64,000 nt of DNA from a virus (lineage: Duplodnaviria; Caudoviricetes), in IMG/VR virus record IMGVR_UViG_3300029305_002366, positions 1-64,000 of that record, one strand, 5' to 3'. Position 1 is the first letter of the stretch, and each line of letters opens with the position of its first letter. Under the pieces are notes generated by a model. The model had not been told where the DNA came from, ran no database searches, and saw only the letters and a program-made list of their open reading frames with translations. The position numbers and the translations under genes are program-made. Positions 37,870 to 47,434 of the stretch are shown in pieces.

Positions 37870-38265
37870 TCAATTATATCCATGCCTTTTCTGTTTATGA
37901 AGATACTCATTACATCTTTGAAGTTCAAGTTCTAAGTCTGCCTTAGTGGTTCGTTTGCTTTCGTCACTTCCTGTTAACTGAATATCTTTGCCATGAAAAC
38001 CTTGTAATTTTTCAATCCTACTTAGTTCTCTTGTAAGATATTCAGTATACATTATCATGCCTAAAGTATATACCACCGTTCTATTATGCTTTGAATCAAA
38101 CTTGCTTTCGTCCTCGTTATAATCAAGATGGTCTATTTCAAGTTCGTAGTAAGCAAGGGCTGACTCAAAGAACGCATTTTCTAATCCAGTAGGTAATGGT
38201 TGTTTTTCTTGAAGATGAGTATGAAAACTATTCAACACATCTTCAAAAGTTGTTGTGTCAGCCAT
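37870..38265 (-). CDS. putative head-tail adaptor
   Basis: Helical 131 aa, position after capsid genes. Confidence 0.5.
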   Translation of the reverse strand: MADTTTFEDVLNSFHTHLQEKQPLPTGLENAFFESALAYYELEIDHLDYNEDESKFDSKHNRTVVYTLGMIMYTEYLTRELSRIEKLQGFHGKDIQLTGSDESKRTTKADLELELQRCNEYLHKQKRHGYN

Positions 38266-38282
38266 AGTCTCACCACCTTATC

Positions 38283-38744
38283 TTATTCGTCAATCTTCAT
38301 TTCTGTATACTTTTCAACAAATTTAATCTTGTTATGGTCGTTGATACCAAGTTTCTTAATTGTTTCAATAAGCATTTTCTTTTCAGCTAAAGTTACAACT
38401 GTTTCGGTAATAGCCTTTTCAAAAGACTTCTGTGTTTTAATCTCAAAAATCTTTTTAATCTTATCTTCATTAATAATATCCTGTGGCTTTTCCTCTGTCT
38501 CAAATCCAACAAACACCCTTGTTTCCTTATCGTCAACATAAATATATGGATGCGAGGAATCATAATTCTCTCCGCAGAATAAAATACTCTGTGACTGAAT
38601 CTGAGAAATAACTTCTGCCCTATCAATAAGAACTGATGTATTGGGTGGAAGGTTCACCTCTCCATTACCATTAATTCTTTTAAAACCCACAGGGAAGTTT
38701 GTAAGGTTCTTTATTGATATATTTTCATTCATATTAAGATTCAT
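38283..38744 (-). CDS. hypothetical head-module protein
   Basis: AAGGAGG RBS; follows major capsid gene. Confidence 0.6.
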   Translation of the reverse strand: MNLNMNENISIKNLTNFPVGFKRINGNGEVNLPPNTSVLIDRAEVISQIQSQSILFCGENYDSSHPYIYVDDKETRVFVGFETEEKPQDIINEDKIKKIFEIKTQKSFEKAITETVVTLAEKKMLIETIKKLGINDHNKIKFVEKYTEMKIDE

Positions 38745-38768
38745 TAAAAAATCCTCCTTGATTAATTA

Positions 38769-38800
38769 GTGGGGCAGTTTACACTACCCCACCTTTTTTT
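38769..38800. terminator. hairpin after major capsid gene
   Basis: GTGGGGCAGT/ACTACCCCAC stem (G-U pair on - strand; T7 on + side). Confidence 0.55.
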
Positions 38801-38807
38801 AATTCAA

Positions 38808-39896
38808 TTATGATACAGTGTCAATAAGACCAATCTTGTATTCCTCGCCCTTTGCTACATCAGCGGCTACTTCAAGGTCATATCTTGTAAGCAGTCTACC
38901 AGTTGTAATATCAGTGCCAGTCATGGATGTAAGACCGCCCCTTGTCCAAAGCTGAACAGGTGAAGTAACACCAGTAGGAACTACATAAATATATCTGTCA
39001 TCTGCAACCTTATCAAACCATGTACCTGCGGCATTAAGCTTGCTAACGTCATAAGCATTATCCATACCGTAGATTGTTGCACCCATAATATTTGAAACAT
39101 ATGCGTTCTTAGCAATCTCATTCATAGCGTCCTGAGAAATGTTAATGTAAGGTGTAGCCTGTGAATCTGCATATGTAGCGATATCATTAAGCTTGATAAC
39201 AGCAGAAGTATCACCAACGAGAGTTACCTTACCAAAAGGACGAGCCTTATTAATAACTGTCTGAACGTTTGCTCTTGTAACACCTGCAACAACGTTCTTA
39301 ATTGTAGCGTTACTTACTGCATTAATTACCTTGTCGAACGCATAAGAAGCCGCCTTGTTTCTCATATCTGTCTTGATGTTTTCAATAAGAATGTTTTCAG
39401 CGGACATATCGCCAAACTGTGCCTTACGATAATCTACCTCATAACCTGCACCAAGAGATGTAGAGGGAACAGTATACTTATCAGCATAATTGAAGCTGAA
39501 AGGTACGTCACCATTAAGAGCCTGTCCTCTTGTGTTTACACTCTGCTTGATAATCTTACGCTCAATTGTTTCATCATAGCCAAGATTCTCGTAACCACCA
39601 AAGAAGCCAAGCAGTTTGAGTTCTTCAAGAAGCAGAGGGTTTACCACATAACTTCTAATAGTGTTAATCTCGGAAATAGCAGAAACATCACCTGATTCTG
39701 CTCTTGCGTTAAGTTCCTTAATAGCTGTTACGCATCTATCGCCACACTTAACACCGTTGGTGTCCTTGATATTCTCAATGGACTCACCCTTGACAAGCGC
39801 AGAAAAAGTCTCTACGATGGGAGATGTTGAGTGAAGATTCTTGTTTACTGAATCTCTACGGCAATTTGTCATTTCATTTATTTCAAATGTTTTCAT
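38808..39896 (-). CDS. major capsid protein
   Basis: 362 aa, after scaffold and decoration genes, followed by a hairpin; SPbeta yonB position. Confidence 0.75.
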   Translation of the reverse strand: MKTFEINEMTNCRRDSVNKNLHSTSPIVETFSALVKGESIENIKDTNGVKCGDRCVTAIKELNARAESGDVSAISEINTIRSYVVNPLLLEELKLLGFFGGYENLGYDETIERKIIKQSVNTRGQALNGDVPFSFNYADKYTVPSTSLGAGYEVDYRKAQFGDMSAENILIENIKTDMRNKAASYAFDKVINAVSNATIKNVVAGVTRANVQTVINKARPFGKVTLVGDTSAVIKLNDIATYADSQATPYINISQDAMNEIAKNAYVSNIMGATIYGMDNAYDVSKLNAAGTWFDKVADDRYIYVVPTGVTSPVQLWTRGGLTSMTGTDITTGRLLTRYDLEVAADVAKGEEYKIGLIDTVS

Positions 39897-39923
39897 ATTT
39901 TATTACCTTCCTTTCCTCTTTGA

Positions 39924-40373
39924 TTAAGCGGCAATCTTAATAAGCACTCTTACACCAATAGGAGTAATTGCAAGTACCTCAAATGCAATGTCGCCAGCAG
40001 TAGCAGTATCTTCCTTAAACTTAAAAGTTGTAGCATCGAATGTAAGAGTATCACCTACTGCAATATCAGCGAATGTACCTACGATATTTTCCTTTGTTAC
40101 AGTAAGTTCCTTACCAACCCAATTTGAAAGCTTAAAGAGATTTACATATTCGCCCTGTGCGATTGTGTATTCAAGGTCATACTCATTGTCTCCCTCCTGT
40201 GTATTAAGAACAATATAAAGTTCCTCACCAGTTGCAGGGGCTTTTGTTGTCTGAGTTGTACCTGTGTAAGTAAGACCTACAAGCGCACCGTTAGGCAGGT
40301 CTGCGTGTGCAGTTACATTAGGTGTGCTGTGTGCTGAGTGTTCAATCATTTCAACTGTAAAAACCTTTACCAT
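39924..40373 (-). CDS. capsid decoration/cement protein
   Basis: 149 aa beta-rich protein between scaffold and capsid genes. Confidence 0.55.
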   Translation of the reverse strand: MVKVFTVEMIEHSAHSTPNVTAHADLPNGALVGLTYTGTTQTTKAPATGEELYIVLNTQEGDNEYDLEYTIAQGEYVNLFKLSNWVGKELTVTKENIVGTFADIAVGDTLTFDATTFKFKEDTATAGDIAFEVLAITPIGVRVLIKIAA

Positions 40374-40396
40374 AATAAAACCATCCTTTCTTGTAA

Positions 40397-41578
40397 TTAA
40401 TAAATAGAACCTTCTACGGGCTGATTAGCCTGAGATGTAGGGTGAATTACCTCACCATAAATATCTGCTGAATTAACTTCAACTACAGGCTCATCCTTCT
40501 TTTCCATTGACTGCTTACCGATACCACGATAAATAGCATCGAGTACAGTATTAATCTCTACGTTAGTAGGGTCTGCATTGAACTTTTCGATTTCATCCTT
40601 TGCGTAGTTCTTCTGCTCATCAGAGAAATCCTTAATAGCTTCATTGAGTTCGCCAAGTCTTTCCTTTGCCATTGCTTCACCAAGAGCCTTTTCAAGAGCC
40701 GCCTTTTCTTCCCATGCCGCATTAAGTTCAGTTTCCTTCTTAGCCATCTCAGCCTTTACGGTTTCAATAGCAGCCTGAATTTCTGCAACAGAAGCATTAA
40801 GTTCATTAATCTTAGCATCCTTATCAGTAATAATCTGATTAAGTTCTGCAATCTTTGTTTCATATTCTGCGTTCTTAGAATTAGTTTCTGAGATTGTATT
40901 CTTTACTGAATCACAAATCAGAGCAAGTGTCTTTTCATCCATTACATTGTCCTCACTTTCTTTATTTTTGTTTTTATTTAAAGAAGCGGCTTCTAATACA
41001 ATTGCATTTTCGTCAGCTTCTTTTACACTTAAAATTGCACTACCGCTAAAGTCAAATTCTTTAGGGACACGATGTTCCTCAGTTACTTCGCCATCGTAAA
41101 TAATATGACCTTTGTTTTCCTCTGTGCCAACTATTTCAATAGAGGATTTAATAGAACTTTCAGCCATATTATCTTTAAGCCATCTTACAAAATTAGGATA
41201 TCTTTGATTGTATAAATATCCTTCTCCTACAAGAACACGCTTTTCTTCGTTGTCGATAACTATGTTTTCAATCTGTGCTGTTTCTATAACACCTACTGTT
41301 TCAGAGTTTTCAAAAAGAGGAATTTGATTTCCATTCTCATCAGTCATTTGGTCAGTATATCCATGTCCTAAAGGAACTGTCTTTGTTTCGTCTGTAAATT
41401 CACAACATAACGGCATACCTTTTGCGCTTTCGATATTATTAAGTACATATTGTTCTCGCCAATTAATGCCGTTTAAATTGGTATCTTCTTCATTTTCATG
41501 AATGGTGAGAAGTGCTAATTTGATATATCGTCTACCACCTTTGGTTTTCTTACTTCCCATTTCGAGAATTGTGTTCAT
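40397..41578 (-). CDS. prohead protease/scaffold fusion
   Basis: NLNG, GHG, SSIEI, FSGSAIL N-terminal domain plus C-terminal coiled coil. Confidence 0.7.
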   Translation of the reverse strand: MNTILEMGSKKTKGGRRYIKLALLTIHENEEDTNLNGINWREQYVLNNIESAKGMPLCCEFTDETKTVPLGHGYTDQMTDENGNQIPLFENSETVGVIETAQIENIVIDNEEKRVLVGEGYLYNQRYPNFVRWLKDNMAESSIKSSIEIVGTEENKGHIIYDGEVTEEHRVPKEFDFSGSAILSVKEADENAIVLEAASLNKNKNKESEDNVMDEKTLALICDSVKNTISETNSKNAEYETKIAELNQIITDKDAKINELNASVAEIQAAIETVKAEMAKKETELNAAWEEKAALEKALGEAMAKERLGELNEAIKDFSDEQKNYAKDEIEKFNADPTNVEINTVLDAIYRGIGKQSMEKKDEPVVEVNSADIYGEVIHPTSQANQPVEGSIY

Positions 41579-41612
41579 TTAGTCTCACCACCTTTCAATG
41601 AAATAATAATAT

Positions 41613-41645
41613 AAAAAGAACCGCTAATGTTTTAGCGATTCTTTT
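41613..41645 (-). terminator. probable terminator after portal
   Basis: AAAAGAATCGCTAA/TTAGCGGTTCTTTT hairpin with T tail on the - strand. Confidence 0.55.
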
Positions 41646-43239
41646 ACACATTTGGTTTGGGCTGACCATTTGAATTATTAGCTTGACTTTTAACAGTGTT
41701 GTCATTGGTAGGATTATCTTCCGTTGGTCTACCGCCCTTATCATCTTCTGTATTATTTACATCATTACCAGAGGTGTTATAAGAAGTTGCATTAACAGGA
41801 TATTTGTCCATGACTCCTTCTTCTAACTGTTCATCCAACATGGCGAAATATACTTCCTTTGATAAACCTGCACAATTAGCAAGATAAGCAAGCGAACCTC
41901 TACCGATTGTAAATAATTCTTTTGCGATATTAAAATATTTTTCCCTATTAAGATTGGTAATAGGAAGATAGTTAATTTCAACGTCAATATAATTAAGACC
42001 AAGTACATTATAATTAATAACTTTATTCAGTTCGGTTACAATTATATCAACCCATTCAAACACCTTTGCTGTAATCAATTCAAGATTTGTTTGTTGTGAT
42101 GCATAGTTAGCACCGTTACCATTCAATAAGGATATGGCGATACCTAAATCTGAACCAACATTTAGGTCAAGATTTGTTTCGTAGTCACTATCAAACAAAT
42201 CTGTATTAACATCTATACTTCCTATTTTTGTACCTGCGGCAACGGAAAAGAAAGTTGTTCCATTTCCCTTTCTTGTCTGCACAGCTTCTTTAACAGCATT
42301 ATGTTGCTGTTTCTGTTGTTCATTGCTCAAAGCCGAAGTACCTGCGGTCTTGCCCTCTGGAAATGTTTCGTAAATAATTTTATTATTTACCTTATCAAGT
42401 ACATTCCTTTTAGTATTTATAAAATCATCAGAGTAAAGAATATCCTTGATAGCCGAAAGCACAAGTGGTCTACCCCACGGTTCATCAAGATTAGAAGATA
42501 TTTTATGAACAATTGTTTTTGTATTGTCCAATATAAACATCTGGTTGGTATCTTTGTTTCCCTGTTTCCACTTGTTGTATGCTTGTGTAAACTCAGAAGG
42601 ATATCTTCTTAATCTGCTTTCTGCACTTTCATTGCCAAGATTAAAATAACTTAAATCAAACGCAACGACATAAGAATTATTTTTAGTTCCAATTATTCTA
42701 CAATAATCAGTAGGCAATGACTTAATAGACACGTTTAATTTAGCCAACTTTGGTTTTAACGCATTGACCTCTGATATACTATCGGCTTGGAATTGACTTA
42801 TAAACTTCTTTCTATCTTCTTTAGTTTTACCAGTATCAAGATAGTAAAAAGCCACACCGTCAATACATCCCTTTAGAATAGCATCTCTAACAAATTGTTT
42901 GTGTCTTATCTTCTTCATTGCATATCTAACAACTTCTTTGTTAATTTTAGAAGCTTTGTCATTGGCATAGCTTGTTACAATATAATCCAAAGTTGGAAGA
43001 ACCTTAATATAATCAAGAGCATTACGAACAATACCATCACTTGAATAGAATCTTCTTGATATCTTTCTTATAAGTTCATTATTGCTATCTATCATTGGCT
43101 CTTGAATCATACCAATAAGCTGTTCAATTTTATAATCGTATAGAATATTAAAATATGTAGCGGTAGTTACATCGTTATGATACCAATAGCTACACGCTTC
43201 ATAGTTTTTATTATCATAATTCTTTTGTATCTTAGCCAT
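41644..43239 (-). CDS. portal protein
   Basis: After TerL; EPWGRP and C-terminal GGRP motifs. Confidence 0.8.
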   Translation of the reverse strand: MAKIQKNYDNKNYEACSYWYHNDVTTATYFNILYDYKIEQLIGMIQEPMIDSNNELIRKISRRFYSSDGIVRNALDYIKVLPTLDYIVTSYANDKASKINKEVVRYAMKKIRHKQFVRDAILKGCIDGVAFYYLDTGKTKEDRKKFISQFQADSISEVNALKPKLAKLNVSIKSLPTDYCRIIGTKNNSYVVAFDLSYFNLGNESAESRLRRYPSEFTQAYNKWKQGNKDTNQMFILDNTKTIVHKISSNLDEPWGRPLVLSAIKDILYSDDFINTKRNVLDKVNNKIIYETFPEGKTAGTSALSNEQQKQQHNAVKEAVQTRKGNGTTFFSVAAGTKIGSIDVNTDLFDSDYETNLDLNVGSDLGIAISLLNGNGANYASQQTNLELITAKVFEWVDIIVTELNKVINYNVLGLNYIDVEINYLPITNLNREKYFNIAKELFTIGRGSLAYLANCAGLSKEVYFAMLDEQLEEGVMDKYPVNATSYNTSGNDVNNTEDDKGGRPTEDNPTNDNTVKSQANNSNGQPKPNV

Positions 43240-43258
43240 TTCGCCCTCCTTTCTTTGT

Positions 43259-45061
43259 TTAGTTTACAAGCGCAACAACTTCATATTGTGTATTAATTGA
43301 CATTAAATCTTGTTCTAATAAATCTGCAAAATAATTTGAATACGAAACAGAAGTATATCTATCCTTACGGTTAGCACCTCTCTCGCTTATAACAAGAACA
43401 CCTGTTTGTTCCTTCCTTTCACAAAGCAATCCATTTGTTTCTGCAATAAATTCCTGAGTTTCAAGATATGGCTTTTCGTAAAACAATTGGTCATCAAGTT
43501 CAATCGCCTGATTGTATTCGTCAATCTTAGGTAACTGTTCTTCAAGAGCCTTATTATACGATATAAGTAAATCAATCTTATTATCCTGTAATGCCGTTTT
43601 CAAAGCCATTGCTATATCACTGTTCATCTTTTGTGAAGCTGTGATAACAAATATACATGGATTTGCGTTTGGTGTTTTAACTCTGTTTGCTATGCTATCA
43701 TCGTTCATACAGGTTAATGGCGAATATTCTATTTGTCTTTCTTCGTCATACATAACTTTTGCAAGACGGTCATAAACTGCAATACCTGCATTTCTTAGGT
43801 CAAGTACAATATAATCGGCATTAAAGTCCTCATACAATTGCCTAATACGAATTGCTTGCATATCAATGTCTCCACCTTGTACACTTTCAAGATAAGGGAA
43901 TTGTCTACGATATCCGTTATTAATTTCAATACTTTTATCAGCCAATGTGTGAGTTGTACTTTCTGGCAGTAACCTTGTGCAAGAGAAAATAGAATTATCA
44001 TTCTTCTCATTTTCTACAAAAGCCATATCACAAGCGACAACTCTAATTTCACCTTCTTGTTTTGGGATGGCAAATGGATTCTTTTTTCCCGATAAAACAT
44101 CTATTGTTTTTCTTGGATAGAAAGGTCTTACCAACCTTTGCTGTCTTGCAAGTTCCTGATAATTAAAAAACGCACCAGTATTTTCCTTAACTCTTTCATT
44201 AAGGTACTCAATGCGCCATGATAGGTTATCCAGTTTTCTCTTTTCTCTCCTAAGATAATTAAGAGTTTTAAGTTTATGTTCTATAACAACACTTAGGTCA
44301 AAAGCAAGAAGAATTTGTTTTCCATGTTTCATCATTTGACTAAAGGCTTCGTCTGCTATTTCCCACATCCAATGTCCATTGTCTAACCAAGAAGAAGTTA
44401 TATAAACATCTTTGGGTTCTTCAATGCATCCTTGTATATTAGTATAGAAAGCGTTTTTCATGTACTCAACATTTCTTACGTGTTGGAAAGGGGAGAATAC
44501 CGAATCATCTATTTCCTTTTTAATCATACGACTTTCTTCTCTAATGAGAAGTGTGCTTCGTTCACCTCTGGAATTACCTATCTTAATGGTACTTCCATTA
44601 TTAAAGAATACACAAAGGTTTCCATCAACTCGTCTAACTGCTTTTATTTCAGCACGTAACTGAGGGGAACTACGCATCAATTCACCTTGAATTTTCTTAG
44701 TTATAATTAATTCAGCTTGCTTGACAGTTGCACTAACTATAACAATCTCACTATGAGGATAGAGGATTGCGTGACAACATGAATACAGACCAATGATAAA
44801 TGACTTTGCTATACATCTTGAACCTACCGTATTAAATAAATCACATATACCAAGTAAATACATCATTAATGCTTGGTAAGGATATAATTTGATACCGAGA
44901 TAATCAATAGCACATCTATGCATATTTCTTCTAAAGAATGTTATCCATGCAATAGTATTCAAAACTCTTTTAGGACTACTAAGAAAATGAGTGGAAGGAA
45001 ACTGTTTGTATAATTGCATTTGGTTCTTATCGGCATAATCACTCAGTTTCATTTGCATCAC
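43259..45061 (-). CDS. terL: terminase large subunit
   Basis: LYPYQ, SRCIAKS (deviant Walker A), LIREE (Walker B), VACDMA and RKDRYTS nuclease motifs. Confidence 0.88.
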   Translation of the reverse strand: MMQMKLSDYADKNQMQLYKQFPSTHFLSSPKRVLNTIAWITFFRRNMHRCAIDYLGIKLYPYQALMMYLLGICDLFNTVGSRCIAKSFIIGLYSCCHAILYPHSEIVIVSATVKQAELIITKKIQGELMRSSPQLRAEIKAVRRVDGNLCVFFNNGSTIKIGNSRGERSTLLIREESRMIKKEIDDSVFSPFQHVRNVEYMKNAFYTNIQGCIEEPKDVYITSSWLDNGHWMWEIADEAFSQMMKHGKQILLAFDLSVVIEHKLKTLNYLRREKRKLDNLSWRIEYLNERVKENTGAFFNYQELARQQRLVRPFYPRKTIDVLSGKKNPFAIPKQEGEIRVVACDMAFVENEKNDNSIFSCTRLLPESTTHTLADKSIEINNGYRRQFPYLESVQGGDIDMQAIRIRQLYEDFNADYIVLDLRNAGIAVYDRLAKVMYDEERQIEYSPLTCMNDDSIANRVKTPNANPCIFVITASQKMNSDIAMALKTALQDNKIDLLISYNKALEEQLPKIDEYNQAIELDDQLFYEKPYLETQEFIAETNGLLCERKEQTGVLVISERGANRKDRYTSVSYSNYFADLLEQDLMSINTQYEVVALVN

Positions 45062-46058
45062 CTATTTCATATACCTTATTAGCATGGAACATAAGATTCT
45101 CCAAAGGTCTTTCTACGTGTGTAGCAAAGTATTCGCCAAGCCCATCATAATCTTCATAAAGTTTTTTATCTTTATAAAATTCTTCTGGTGTATACTGGGA
45201 AATAATTTCGGCATTAACACCTAAAGGATTCTGTACACTTGTATCTTCTTCCTGTACAGTTTGCAAACCTGCCTGTTTAAATGTTTCCCTATACATCTTG
45301 ATACACTTTTCAAATGCGGCAATATCACTTTTCTTCTGTGCTTTAACTTGCATTAATTGAATTATACATAACTGTTTAATGAATATTTCCTGATTGTTGT
45401 CAGCGTTAGGATTTGTTCGTTTTAACATCTTGTAATGTTCTTCCAAGAAAATAATATCTTCTGGTGTATTACCTTGCCAACGTTCAAACATAACCTTACT
45501 GATTCTGCTACCATCATTATAATTGTCAAGGTCATCGTAAGAATCAATTCCACCTTGCTCACTTATTTCAGAAAGGTAAGTATCATAAGTTTTACCTGCG
45601 TTCTGTTGAAGGTTCAACTTACTTATATAGTTTGATATTCGTGAAGTATTTTCATCCTTCTTTACTGATTGTTCACAAGTGGATTCACTAAAGTAAATAT
45701 CAAACTTCATACAGATTCGCTTTATTGCGGCATCCTGTGAACCAAGCAATGCTGTATACTGGTCTAATAGAGAATCGACACAAGACTTGCAAACAGTTAC
45801 GTAATGATTATTACCATTATGAAGTACGCTTTCTGAGTGCATAAAATTTCCCTGTTGTTTCTTAAATCTCCTTCCGCAACAAGTACACTGATATGGGGCT
45901 TCAAGCATCCTTATTTCACTATCAGAAGCATTTATTTCCCTAAGTTTCTTTACTGTTTCCTCATCAAACTTCAACTCTTTAAGACCTGATTTGTTTAACT
46001 TTGTAAAAGTACCTTTGGCTTTAGTGCCACCACTTCCTTTAGGTCTACCTCTTGGCAT
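45039..46058 (-). CDS. putative terminase small subunit with AT-hook and Zn site
   Basis: Immediately upstream of TerL; PRGRP, CTCCG...CKSC. Confidence 0.55.
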   Translation of the reverse strand: MPRGRPKGSGGTKAKGTFTKLNKSGLKELKFDEETVKKLREINASDSEIRMLEAPYQCTCCGRRFKKQQGNFMHSESVLHNGNNHYVTVCKSCVDSLLDQYTALLGSQDAAIKRICMKFDIYFSESTCEQSVKKDENTSRISNYISKLNLQQNAGKTYDTYLSEISEQGGIDSYDDLDNYNDGSRISKVMFERWQGNTPEDIIFLEEHYKMLKRTNPNADNNQEIFIKQLCIIQLMQVKAQKKSDIAAFEKCIKMYRETFKQAGLQTVQEEDTSVQNPLGVNAEIISQYTPEEFYKDKKLYEDYDGLGEYFATHVERPLENLMFHANKVYEIGDANETE

Positions 46059-46070
46059 ATTATTCCTCCT

Positions 46071-46259
46071 TTAACTGGAAGTCTTGCCATAAAATCCACT
46101 ACATTTAACAACATAGTTTCCATTACAGTAGTTGACTTCCATATCTCTGTTTGATTCCTCACCACATTTGGGACAAATTTCATGAGGATTATATTCAGAT
46201 ATTTTCTTTTCAACCATAAATCTATTTTTACACTTAGGACATTTATAATAATATTCCAT
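46071..46259 (-). CDS. FmdB-family zinc-ribbon protein
   Basis: YYYKCPKC...CPKCG...SGFY. Confidence 0.8.
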   Translation of the reverse strand: MEYYYKCPKCKNRFMVEKKISEYNPHEICPKCGEESNRDMEVNYCNGNYVVKCSGFYGKTSS

Positions 46260-46369
46260 TTTATTTCCCCTTATATTTTATTTGGTGCTGTCTTGTGTAT
46301 CGTTGCAACACTTAACGGCATAGCCCTCCAAGAGGGCAAGGAGGAAATATATTAATTTAGTAGTTGTCT

Positions 46370-46522
46370 TTAAATATATTTATAAATTTGTTTTTCACAT
46401 TTACGGCATTTGTAACATATTACCTTACCCATGCCACCATTAATCATGTGAGAATAATAAAATTGATATTCATGGTTACACTTAATCCTTGATAACCACG
46501 TTCTGAAATTTCTTATAAGCAT
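46370..46522 (-). CDS. small Cys/His protein
   Basis: CNHEY...YKCRKCEK; start uncertain (only the 3' part of track ORF 46370-46681 is plausible). Confidence 0.4.
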   Translation of the reverse strand: MLIRNFRTWLSRIKCNHEYQFYYSHMINGGMGKVICYKCRKCEKQIYKYI

Positions 46523-46730
46523 CAAGATACCATTCCTTCTTGTCACCGTTGTATGTAAGTTCATAGTACATTCCGTCAGGCAATGTGCTTGAAAGCAGAT
46601 ACTTCCAGTTCTGTAATGCCTTACACTTCCATACTGTGTATACCTCAAAACTTGCATTTGCTGTATAATCTGTAATATCAAGATGTTCTATAATATAATC
46701 TCTGACAATCTGTAATGCTCTTTCGTCCAT
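46482..46730 (-). CDS. conserved phage protein (DUF6275-like)
   Basis: VWKCKALQNWKYLLSSTLPDGMYYELTYNGDKKEWYLDAYKK. Confidence 0.75.
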   Translation of the reverse strand: MDERALQIVRDYIIEHLDITDYTANASFEVYTVWKCKALQNWKYLLSSTLPDGMYYELTYNGDKKEWYLDAYKKFQNVVIKD

Positions 46731-46758
46731 TAATTAAAATCTCCTTTATACTTATTGT

Positions 46759-46832
46759 TGGTTGCAGACCTACGAATCGAACGTAGAACAAAAGGGTATG
46801 AACCTTATATGATGCCATTTCACCAATCTGCC
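46759..46832 (-). tRNA. tRNA with CAT anticodon (Met/fMet or Ile2)
   Basis: GGCAGAT...TAAGG-TTCATAC-CCTTT...CTACG-TTCGATT-CGTAG-GTCTGCA-A-CCA cloverleaf with encoded CCA and 1:72 mismatch. Confidence 0.85.
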
Positions 46833-47047
46833 ATTTTGCTCCACAAAATTGCTTTTAATACAATAAAGTGGAGAAAATCGGTGTTATGATTCCCACACCG
46901 TAGGTAATTTGTAACTGCGGTTTTACGTTCCGCAAAACTCTTAGCTTGTGATTTTGCAGGACTTGTCCTGAGTATCTAACTACTGCAAGTGTACAGCGGT
47001 GAGAGGTTTTCATCTCACGTAATCTCCTAAAAGATTACCCTCTATTC

Positions 47048-47124
47048 TGGTGAGCGTAGGGAGATTTGAACTCGCCATTGCAACCTTGAAAGGGTTGTGT
47101 CCTTACCTATTAGACGATACACCC
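47048..47124 (-). tRNA. tRNA-Glu (TTC)
   Basis: GGGTGTA...CAACC-CTTTCAA-GGTTG...GAG-TTCAAAT-CTC...TACGCTC-A-CCA. Confidence 0.88.
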
Positions 47125-47128
47125 ATAA

Positions 47129-47420
47129 TGCGCACCTTTACATTGTACTGTAAAGGGTATAATGCGCAAGTATTGTAAGCACGAAAATCAAAGCGATACC
47201 TGTGCGCACAGACAACGCAATGCAAGAGATGCTTGCAAACTCTTTAGCTTGAAAGTTGACTGCAAAGAAACTAAGCGCAACGTAAACATTATGCTTACAA
47301 AGAAGCAGTCTAATTCTTTTATACTGGTGTAGATTACAACATCATTGCAGTTGCTCTCTGCATATGGGGCATCATCAAGCCCCATCTCATCTTTTATTAC
47401 TCGTTATGATTTGCAACGAG
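47129..47420 (-). ncRNA. candidate structured ncRNA(s) with pseudoknot
   Basis: Dense stems including 47173-47181/47292-47300 and a crossing 47258-47263/47305-47310 pairing. Confidence 0.5.
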
Positions 47421-47434
47421 AACTATATAAACGG

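Noticed and set aside
46990-47047. Theta (HDV-like) ribozyme after tRNA-Glu
   Set aside because: Could not fit the nested double pseudoknot by eye; a covariance-model search is needed to exclude it
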